A stretch of DNA of 58,301 nt from Spirogloea muscicola (lineage: Eukaryota), in NCBI GenBank assembly GCA_009602725.1, contig WELB01000017.1, forward strand, positions 38,703 to 97,003, in the 5' to 3' direction. Shown here one piece after another: positions 21,991 through 33,400 of the stretch. Position 1 is the stretch's first letter. Each line of letters starts with the position of its first letter. The translations under genes were made by a program, and so were the position numbers. Under the pieces are notes generated by a model. It was not told where the DNA came from. It saw nothing but the letters and a program-made list of their open reading frames with translations, and did no database searches.

Positions 21991-24900
21991 GTTCGCCGCG
22001 CTCGGGCCGCCGCACGCCGCTGAGTTCCGATGACCGTCAACACTCGACGCGCGTTGCCGAGCATGGCTGACGGCTGGCTCTCTGGTCCGCCCCGCGCGCC
22101 GCAGTCCTTAGCCATCGCGACAAGCTGCCTCTCAGCCTCGACGGCGACCGCGACGGCAGTGAGCCACCCCGCCCGCCGCCGCCTCTGCGACCGCCGCTGC
22201 GGCCTCTGCGCGAAGCCGTCCCCCTTTGGGCCGCCTGTGACGGCCCGCCGCCTCGCTGCCATGGCCAGGCTCATCGGACTCCGAGGCCGCCGCGGACGAG
22301 GAGGTCTTTGCTATACAGGTAGCTAGGTAGATACTGCAGCGTATCAGCAGATTGAGCGGTGGTCTCAGTGACTGCTGTTGCGAAGCTCAGTGCCCTGAGA
22401 TGCTGCCGCTGCGCCAGAGGTTGTATGCACTCCTTAATTGGTCAATAAAGGCCTCACTCATTGCCTTGCTGATACTCGTCGTTGTGCGGCACTGCAGGGC
22501 CAGGACGAGGATGACGAGGACGATGGTGATGACGATGAGGGGGATGACGACGACGACGAGGAGGAGGACGAGGCGGAGCTCAACGGCTTCGCAGCCAAGC
22601 GTAAGTGCTTCCGTCCTCCTTACTGCCTGGGGCTTGTGATTGCAGTGGTTTTCGTTAGTAAACCTTAAACCCCAACTTTCTGGCTGAGTCACATCTTCTG
22701 TCTCTGCAGTGGCGAAGCAGGCGAGGTTCATGCGGCAGCGAGCTAGCGGCGCCACACTCGAGAGCGACGAGGAGGATGGCGAGGACGGCAACGATGGGGA
22801 GGAGGGTGAAGCGGAGGAGGGGGGCGGAGCAGGCGGCGCGGCCGCCTGGGGCCGCCGCAAGCAAGCGTACTACAGCGCCGACAACGTGGACTTCGAGGTG
22901 CTACACTTGGGCTGCCGGTGTTGTGACCGCCGCTGTCTGGTGGGCGCCCACGTCCGTGCTCTCCTGCGGCTACGCAATAGATTGCTCACAGCGAGCGGCG
23001 ATGTGCTGCGGCTGTGTGATCCAGCTGCAGTCGAGCGATGAGGAGGCGCCGGCAGAGGAGGAGGCGGAGGTGCGGCGGCTGCAGCGCCGTGCAACTGCGC
23101 GGCTGCGCCTTGAGGACTTCGAGCTTGGCGAGGACGAGGAGGACATCGATGATGGCGGCCGAGGGAGTGGCAAGGGCGGCGCTGCTGACACGGTGGCCGG
23201 CAGTGAGCAGTCCTTGCAAGACGTGCTGCACACCCTGGAGCGCACTGGGGCCGCCGAAAGATCAGCAAAGGGCGACGGAGCTCCAACGTTGGCAATAGCA
23301 TCGGAGCGTGTTGAGAAGGACCCCACATCACTGACCGAGCAGGAGCGCATGGACGTCGTCATGAGGTGCAGCTCCTACTGAGCCCGCTGCTGCCGCTGCC
23401 AATGAACTGCAAGGTGGAAGCCTGACAGCTGTGGTCATGTTAACCCCCACAGCGACGCGCCGGAGCTGGTGGGCCTGCTCGGTGAGCTGCGCGAGAGCCT
23501 GGATGAGCTACGCACCCGCGTGCAGCCCCTTCTTGAGCGGGTGGGGCACTGCCCTTGATGTCCCTTAATTTGTGACTAAATTGTGATCAGCGGCACGCTA
23601 CGTTGTGTTAGCACGGTCCCTTGCCTTGTGATTTGCAGGCACCACAGAGCTATTTTCTTGCCAGTGGGGCTGGCACAAAGTCAAAGTCTAAGGCATCGAG
23701 TAGAGATTTAGTGATTACTAAATACTTCACAATCTTAATCAAAGACTGCACGCTAGATTGCTTGTGGTGCTTATCTATACTATAAGTCACGGCAAGGCCT
23801 TGCACTTGCCAATAAAGTTGTCCTCTTACCGTCTCTCAGTCAACATACAGAGAAGTCTTGTGCTATTGCTCAAGACAAGGTCAGGCTTGGTGCATAGCAG
23901 AGAGACCTGCAGTCAGATTGATATAAATTGAGGCCAATTTACTAAAGTGGCCATCATCAAGCCATTAACACATTGTTGTGTTGTGGGCGAAGTTTTGGTC
24001 ATGAGGGCTGCTGCTGATACAGCGCTAGTGCTAGCAGGTACGCAATGGGGAGCATGCGACGGCGGGCGGATTGGGGTACCTGGATGCCAAGCGCTTGCTG
24101 CTGCTTGCCTACTGCCAATGCATCGTGTTCTACCTGCTGCTCAAGTCGGAGGGCCGCTCTGTGCGAGACCACCCCGTCATCTCGCGGCTTGTCGAGCTCC
24201 GCCTCTTCCTCGAGAAGGTCACCATTTGCCACTTGGGCAACGTCAGAGAGGCCTGCATCAGCCGTCTGCAGGCTACCTAACTCTGCTTGACTTGGACAAC
24301 GCCAAACTTACAGTTGATCATTTGCTATTTTGCTGCTGCCTTTGCAAGGCCTGAGCAAGCCCTGAGTTGTTGACGTTGGCATGCGGGTGCTGGGGTCGCT
24401 TGACGGCATCATTGCAGACGCGGCCAATTGACAAGAGGCTTCAGTACCAGGTGGAGCGACTGCTGCAGGCCGCCAAGGCGGAAGATGGCCACGGTGCAAC
24501 CAGGCCCACACCGGAGGACGATGAGCTCCAGTTCCGGGCCCACCCGGACCTACTTGTATCCAAGATTGACCAGGCGGCCACCGAGGTGCGTCAATGTTTG
24601 CCCCACAAGGATGCTTGGTATGCTATCTGGCTGCGCTGAATGGTCACTCACCACGCACTTGTGTGTTTGTCGTAGCACACACTGCACTTGCTGGAGTGGG
24701 CAGCGCTTCTTATTCAAGGGTCAAGAAGAATTGTGGCCTTGAATGGTGCTGATCCGAGCGGCGGGCTCAGCAGTTGTAGGCATGTCAGGCAGCGCATTTG
24801 CATGTCAGACAGCACATTGTTGGTGACTGGTGGTCATGTTCCACAGGAGAATGGAGGTGTCTACAAGCCGCCTATGATGGCCTCTGCAATGATGGGCGAC

Positions 24901-27072
24901 GAGGACGGCCCAGGGCGGGCCAGAGACCGCCGAGCGCAGACGCGAATGGAGCGGGAAGACCGGCGACGCGCCGCTCGCAGCTCGTATGTTCAGGAGCTTG
25001 CTGAGGAGCTGGAGGGCCGGCCCGAGGAGGTACGCTGCAGGGGTCTGAAATTGATAGCCGGCACTGTGAGGTGCTGAAGCTTTCTCTTAGACGTGTTCTA
25101 TTTACCATATTTTGGACAGCCCTTGTGCTTTGTGTGTAGATGCTTGTGCAAAAATCGTGGGAGTAAGCTATTCCCCAGGTGGCAGGCCGCAGGCAGGCCC
25201 GTGCAGTCGTCTCCTTACAAGCAAGTGGGTTGTTGTCTGACGATGTCAAATTTGAAAATCTTCAGGTCCGGCCGCTCGTTGGTGCTGAAGACCGGCAGCG
25301 GCAGCGGGAGCTGGACCGGTTGCAGCAGCGTGCCGAGGCGGAGGTGGACATGTTTGCACGCGTGCCGCTCTCTCGCGAAGAGCGTCGGCGACTGAAGGCC
25401 CTCAAGCGCCCTTCGAGCGGGTATGATTGCTTACTCCGTCTTTCTGTTGTGCTATGCAGCTGAGCGCCTATAGATGCTGAAGTCAAAGTGCATCAGCAGC
25501 TGGCATGCAAGGCTTGGAACAGGAGAAACGGAGACAACAATGCCTCCCCATATGAGTACGAGCTCAATCTCAGCTTTGTCGCATGGACTGATCTCACTGC
25601 TTCCTCCACACTCCTGCACAGCCTGGCGGGCATGATGGACGACTTCAACGAAGACGTGGCTGGCCTGGTGGGCATGGACGATGATGCCAGCGCCGGCACT
25701 GCCAGCGGACCTCCCCGGGACCTACTGCGTCCGCGGCGCTTGTCGGAGGCTATTGCAGAGGCCGGGCGCCCGTCCAAGAAGGTCAAGGTGTGGCCTACAC
25801 TCCCAGTCTTTCCCTTTTAGCTCAGAGTCAAGCTCTTCATTTTCATACAGTGTTGCCAAGTGGCGCGCAATCGTCGTCGTATCAAGCTGGGGCGACCAAG
25901 CAGATGCTGGGCTTCCGTTGGTTGCATTGATTCAGGCCAGAAATATTGGGGCGTTCTGCAGTCAGTCCTTGTGGCCACTTCGTTTAGCTCGCTAGTCACC
26001 TCTGCAGCCTCTTTCTGAAAATTTGCTTGGTCACCCACCAGGCCAACGTTTGGTGTGAGTAAGGGCGTGGGCAAGCGCACTTTTATAGCTGACGGCCGCT
26101 TGCTTCCTGCTTGATAGCGTGTCAGAAGGTAATGGACTGTAACCCCGTGCTTTCTTATGTGTCAGGCTTTATCAGGGGATGCAGACATCCCAGTGAGGGA
26201 GGACCTGGGATTGCGAAGGAGGCATGCAGAGCTTCAGGCCTTACGAAGGGGCTCGGGTGCAGGAGGACGTGAGGACGACGCTCTTGAGGACGATGACAAT
26301 GGGGGGGGCGATAGAGAGGGCCGCGGCTTGGGAGATGGCGGTGAGGACGAATTCTACACAGCAGCTAAGGAGCGGCGGGCTGCTAATATAGCTGCCAAGG
26401 CTGCCAAGTATGGAAAGGGCGAACCAGCTTCGCCAACGCCTGCCAAGGACAGCGGGGTTGATGGCAAGCGGAACATCTCGTACCAGGTAAAGCTTTGTGA
26501 CTACGGTAGTTTCTGCTGAAATCTAGAGAGATGAGCTTTGCTGCTCTTTGGTGCCGAAGCGCCCGTGAGCGACGAGGACATGTACTGCGCCACAGATTAC
26601 GCATGAGGCCTGCAGATTGCAAACAGCATCACGTTTTGCAGCAAGGGCAGTGCCATGGCTCCCTAAAGTCTGATACAATCTTGTGTGTCACGTGCTGATA
26701 ACCCTACTCACCAGATCGAGAAGAACCGGGGGTTAACGCCGCATCGGAAGAAGCTCACAAAGAATCCACGCAAGAAGTACAAGGTAAAGCTAGCTTCTCA
26801 TTTCCCTCTGGCACTGCATTCTTGAGTATCCATATCACACAAGGTTAGTGCCACTTTTTCAATCAAAGTATTGCAGGCACATCCCAACTGCAAGTAATTC
26901 TCTCTGTGACAGCTCACCTCAACTGCCAAGCTCTCTTCTGCAGCTTGCACACGCCAAGGCGGTGGTGAGGCGGGGCGGCCAAGTGCGGGAGGCCCGGCAG
27001 CAGAGCGCACCCTACGGTGGCGAGGCTACGGGCATCAAGTCGGGGCTCAGCCGTAGCATCCGCATACGCTGA
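21850..27072 (+). CDS. SAS10: Sas10/Utp3 family SSU processome protein, also carrying Lcp5/neuroguidin-like central motifs
   Basis: DFVDEVDEF, AWGRRKQAYY, EEEAEVRRLQ, DAPEL, YLDAKRLLLLAYCQCIVFYLLLKSEG..DHPVISRL, and a Sas10 C-terminal domain KRNISYQIEKNRGLTPHRKK..KNPRKK..YGGEATGIK. A single n at 21889 obscures the frame of exon 1. Confidence 0.92.
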
Positions 27073-27421
27073 AGAGCATGACTATTGGACTGGCCTGAGC
27101 GGCTCTGACGTTGTATTGGAGAGAGCCAATATCATCCATGCAGCCTTCAGGCAGTTGATTGTAGCGATTTGTACTGTGCGTGAAGCGAGGAAGTACACAT
27201 TGCAGCTGCAGAAAAGCTAAAAAGAATGAAAGAATGCCTCACAACCCATTCTACGCACCACGCCACCAGAGATGACCCTCCTTTGCTATCAGAGTTTTCT
27301 GGGGGAATGGGGCGGGAGGGAGTGGAAGGGCGAGGGAGGGAGAGCAGGAGTGTGTGGCAAGGTGGCTAGGGATTTGAGTATTCCTTGTTGTGTGGCTCAC
27401 TTGGGCTCTCACAGCGGGCTC

Positions 27422-30400
27422 TCACAAGGAGCGCTTGCTTGGCCGCTTCCGCTGTGCCACCGCCTTTGCACTGCCTCTACACCTCACCTTCGCCTGCGGC
27501 TCTGCCGCTTGATACTCCGAGTCTTGGCCGCCTGGTTCGCTGTCCTCCTCAGGCGAGAGCACGCGCAGGCCTCCTGGCAGAGGCGCGCTCTGCCGGCGAT
27601 ACGATGTTCGTGCGGGCACGGGCTGATGCGGCAGTGGCCTGATGCCTGTAGCACACTCCTCCATGCCACCACTGGGCTCCTCCTGCGCATGTGCCACCTG
27701 CTTAGCCACGGCCTGGCGGCTGCTCCGAGGCCTTTGAGGTAATCCACCATATGTAAAATCGGCTCCAGAGTCGTCCTCCAGTAGCTTCATGAATACCTTC
27801 AGCAGATGGGAGTGCATTCACGAATATCAGAGCCCACACAAAATGGAAGATTAAAGAGAAGAAGAGCGCTTGGAGACGCACAAGTACATACACAGAAGCA
27901 CTCCAAAATACTGCAGCACCTTACCTGACATTGGCGGACTGCCTGCCGTACTGTGACGGGCTGCTCCAGCACCGCAGTGATGGTGCTAAATGCTGCAGAG
28001 CCCTCCCGGCGAAAGAGCGTCTCTCCTTGCTTAATCTGCTCTAGCGGCGAGTAGGACTGAGAAGAGTCACACGGTTCAGAGTCAGGTATGATTAAGCGAG
28101 CATTGAGAATACCTGCAAGAAGATTGAACAGGAATATTCTACCATTGTTCACATGCGGGCAAGGAGCATGCCGGCTCAACACCTCTGATGAGCCAATCCG
28201 TAATGCACAAACAAAGTGCTTGGATGTTGTCTAATTTCTCCTTACCTGGCAACGTGCATCAGTCAGGCCATAGGCAAGCTTGATGTGTTGCTTCAGCAGG
28301 AGTAGCAAAGAGAGCGCTGCAGAGTATACACAATTTGCCTGCAGCAGAATCGTATGCTTGACTTTACAAGATGCCTCAAGGCCTGCAGCAGCAACACCAC
28401 TATATAACTGGAAGACTGAGGCAACTTACACCACCTCAAGTGCAATGAAGAATTATTTTCATGAGATCATGTGCAGATTTTTGTAGCTCGGTCATACCTT
28501 CAACCTGGCTCGGATGCTTTCACCTAGATCCTGAAGCTGAGGCTCCTCAATCAATGTCAATCTGCTCCCAGATGCCGCTGCACCCTCTTCCTCACTGTGA
28601 GCTTCGTTCCTCTCAGCAGCCCTTTCTGGCGTTATCTCAAATGCAGCACCTGCTGCCTCTTCCAGCGGGCCACCCTTGACAAGCATGTACTTCAGTTCTG
28701 CTTGCAGTGGACCACCACGGAGCTGGACGAGACGATTTGCTGCATGGACTAAGTACAGGGGCTCATCTGGTAGACAAAACGGTAGAGAGGCCAGGACTTT
28801 GGAACAATATCTGCAATAAGAATATGTCAGCAGGATAATTTAGTAGTGCAGATAAGCACCAAGCTGCTGCAAGCACAGATGGGTTCCTTTGGCACCCCCG
28901 GTACACACTGCACACACAGACTGATCTGGTACAGCTCCACATGCCTAATGACTTCACAATCCACCTCACAAGTCAGCAATAAAGACACGCTATGATGGAG
29001 GACCACTCAACATGCTATACAAGCTAGGCTTAAGTTTGACTTGTGACTTGCCACTTACACAATAAAAGAGCTTGTGACTTGCCACTTACACAAGAAAAGA
29101 AATGTTGAGAGCTGTTGAGTGGGAGCTCAAGGCTCCTAAATCGTATCTGCGGATGACCGAGGACATTAACTTATTTCTTGAAATTCGGGAGCTGCTGATG
29201 AGCTTGTATACTCGGGACATGCCCTGCACTGCTTTACTGAGATGCTGTTCACTCTGCTCATTACTCATATTGTTGCCAGATGATGGGACTCCATGGGACT
29301 CCATGGGACTCCATGATGGGCCAGCGCCCTCAAGAAACGCGAAGGACAGTTGTAAGCCCTCCCCCAGACGGGTCTCAAAGAAGTCAGAATACCTGTACAT
29401 GTTGCAATCACCTCAGAAATTCTTAACCTATCCACTTGAACAGTGACTTGCAAATAGATTGATTCATCCCTCCATCCAAAGTTTTTGTATGCACATGCAA
29501 CAGGAAAGAAAATCAACTTATCTTGACATTTCCAAGATAGATATTATTACGACTGAGCACTGTAAGTCAGGTAAAAGAGTGACATACTTGTCATTGATCT
29601 GCGAGAGAAGTTGGTGAGCGAGCTTATAGTTTGACTCGACAGAATCGACTTCCATAGCAACAAGCGTGGGGATGCTCGACATTGGATGTATCAATCCATG
29701 TCGAAGAGCCATCTCCACAACCTGCAAAAATACATGGTCACCAGGGCACCAATATAGATGAACTCAGACTCCTAACACACTTGGAAGAGGCAGTGTACAG
29801 TCGTCTAACTCGCCTGGTTGACCTGGCCAGGTAGACAGCAGTTGCCAGGATTTCCAAATTTTCCACCATGACAGCAAATGTGTTACTTACCTTCAATGCT
29901 GCTTGTCTGACATCAGCTTTGAGGTCAAGACAGCAACGAAGGATGCTGTCCCAATGCAGCTGCACGATGCCTCCACAGGCGTTGCTGTCGCCTGCGCCAG
30001 CAGCAATGGAAACCGGACCTCTAGAAGCAAAAACGACATCATCATCTTCTTTGCCTGGTTCCTCCAAAGCCAGACCCATCTTTTCCTCCCAGTCATGAAG
30101 ATAGTCGCTGAGAATCTTGAGAGTCTGTATCTGAAAGAATGAGTGTGCTACAGAGTGCAATTAGGAGAAACGACAAGCAGCTTCACTTCAAGACTCTCAG
30201 TATAAGGCGCTGCATGAGCGCGACAAATGTGCAATTTCTATCAAGGTACCTTCATAGTTGCATCAGCACGTTCTGCAAGAGTTGCTCTCATAATAGACAT
30301 AGATGTCCTCCGCATGAAAATCGCTGGTCTTGCAATGCAGAGGGAGCCAAGACCCTGGCAAGATTGTTGATGCATGAGTCAGGTGTCTAGTACGACACAT

Positions 30401-33400
30401 GAAGTGAATACATGTGAACAAGTAGAGGCTGCTGCAGACTATGATAAAAGACTGAAAATGGTGCAACCTGGAGAGCTTTGGCTTTGATGTTGAAGTCTTT
30501 GTGTTGCAGGTAGAAAGAGAACAGCTTTACAATGCTTTCCAGCGTGCAATCAGCGACCTTTGTCCTCTCTATTATCTCAGCTCCATATCGGCAGAGTAGC
30601 CCAAGTGCAAAGAGACACCTCTGGCAGTTCTGAATACATTGTGCAAAGCCGTTGCCTCATTTGTCAGCAAAGCTGTGCACCATCTGTGCAGACGTCAGGT
30701 ATTGTACAGGTTCGCATAAACCTCACTACCACAGAGCCGTCGTCAATACCGGTTTCGGATTTAGGGTTTAGGGATTTAGGATTTGTGATTTAGGGTGTTG
30801 CAAAGAAAGCCATAAGAGCCGCAAGTATCTAAGCTGGATATTATGACCAGTCAGCTCATTGAGAGCATCAATAAGATGCTAACATGGTATTGGCACAACA
30901 GGTGTACACTGTAGGCTTGACATCTACTCTGACATCTACTCGCCTGTGATGTCCTCTCATCACCCTCTTGGAGGCTCTCATCACGCTTCATGTCGACCAA
31001 AATCTTGAAGAAGCGAGATACCAGAAAGTCAAAGGAGACAAGCCCAGTCTGGGCAACACGACAAAGAGAGCACAGGCATCTGCATGCAAAATTTCAAGAG
31101 AAGTCAGGTACCTAAACACGGATGATGTTAGAATCCTCAGCTTACAAATATCCCCAACCTGAGACAAGGGTTGTGCTCCAGTTACTCACTTGATACAGGC
31201 ATGCACCACAAGCAGATATGGATGCCGGGCAACCAATGAGCGGAGGTCCTTCTCTAGCTCCTCCACAAAGCTTTGTGGAGGTCGTTGAATCAAGGGCAAG
31301 ACTTCGTCAATTATGTAGCAGATGCTCTGAAGAAGCTGAGCTGTGTCCTTTCCACTCTCTTGCATGTTGACTTATCAAGTCACATCACAGAAGCCCGCTG
31401 ACTATCTCTATATGAAGCTTGAGCACACCCTAAACATTTAGCTGCCTCTATCTTGTCATTGTTAATGCAACAAGCACACAAGACAGGCCATGCGACCAGA
31501 GCTAGCCCTGCAATCCCAAGATTGGTATCAAAGTGTGGATCTAATCACAATGACAGTGACATTGATTGTCATTGAGGAAGCACGCAATACCTGAAGCTTC
31601 AAGTAAGGCTGAAGAGTAAGAACAAATCGAGCAGGATCAGAAGAAGGTGAGCATAATGCAGCATCCACTGTGCAGAATGCATGTAAAGCTGATACATAAG
31701 GCAAAGCCTGTGTATCAGCCTGTTCGATGGTACTCTCTTCTGCCTGAGACATGACAATCTCGATGACCAGTGAGAGGGGTCTGGACAAACACGCCACAGT
31801 CGCAATGTATGTGTTAATGCATAGAAGGACATGTACATTTTGGCTGATAAATCTGTCGCAGCACAGGCAGTATCCGCACCTTCAGGATGCTCTCCAACAA
31901 AACCTTGCACATTTGCTCACAGCGAAACCGTGTGGGCCCTGACTCTGTGCTGCAGCCCTTCATCTGATGCGAAGCTTTGTCATGCATCAGGCTCCGCTGA
32001 ATAATGGTGACAAGGGGCTGATGACTAGATAGTCCTCGCAGTACTTCAACCATGTGCTGTGTTCTGCTCTCTAGCTCCCCAGCTTCTTGATCAGGGGCAC
32101 GGACGACTGGCTCTGAGAACCAGAGATCGTAGAATACTTTCGCAACGAGCTCCTAAAAGAAATTGTTATGTACCACAAAGAGTAGATTAGTATAGCGAAC
32201 ATTTCAGTCACATTCGGAGCATGACATGTCATGCTAAATTCTTAGAACATGTAGGGACATGCCGGGGAGTGTTGCTCTTGTACGTTCAGCATTATACACT
32301 CTCATGAACAGAGATATCATATAGGGTTGCTCATCACCAACAAAATGCTGATGCAATGCTGGATAAGACTGGACATGACTACACGCTCTTGCGCATCACA
32401 CCTGAATGCTATTCTCCTCATCATTGATCCGCTTGATAAGTTTCCTGCAAGCCTCAACCTTCCTTGGAAAGTTAGGCTGATGCAGACAAATATCTCGTAT
32501 GATTTTGATGACTCTTTTTCGTACACTGACGCCAGTGTCCATGATGCGCTCCACTACGCGGTCAAAGTACTGCAAAGCATCCAGTCAACTAATCAGAACA
32601 ATTTCATCGTAAAGATGTGTGACTCTTGCTGCATCTTTGACAATGCTGAAAATTTCTGGTTGTCAATACCTGGATGGCAAAGGTAGGATATCCTATGATG
32701 TGCTTTCCAACAAGGTCCGTGGCTGCCTCTCTAGCAGATATGGCGGAATCCAAGAAGCGTCCTCCCACTGCCCTCTGAACCCTCTCATCACCAAGAACAA
32801 CAGGATCCACTTCCACGACCGCGCTCACCTGACAGGAAAAACATTGAACCGTTCAGCTTCTTGACTGACCTTCGAACACACAGATGGCAACCATCAACAC
32901 CGGTGCATGCATACTGAGTGCTCCTTAACAAGGAGTCACTGTGACATTCAAGAGCACTATGGGCAGCGCATGCAGAGAAGGAGCTGTGCTGAAACTGTAC
33001 CGCTTTCAGAGCCTTTGCTCTTAGTGCAGCAGAATTTTCCTGGAGCATATTCTGAGCAGCAATGCAGGTTGCGAAACTAGACCAAACATCAAGAAATTCT
33101 AGCATCAATAATTTTAGTTGGCTCATAGATGATAGCATGTGCACGACTTGCAGACCACAACATGCAAGTCTTGCAGAACACATGCGGCCTAGCATACATC
33201 GAGCCAGACACATGGATGTCTGATGCCAGGGCTCAAGCATCCCACAATCATATCATGAATCACAAAATCACAAGAAGTTGCACCAGGAGGCGCTCCAAGA
33301 TGCGATCAATCCCTTTCGCTAGAGGGGAGTTCTGATCAAGTCCTTGCACGCCTTGACACAAGCTGTCTCGTGAGAATGGCACACTGTTTGCCTTCATGTT

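Noticed and set aside
28184..28220. Hammerhead ribozyme core (CTGATGA) here and at ~43058
   Set aside because: No stem II with a correctly placed GAAA and no flanking helices.
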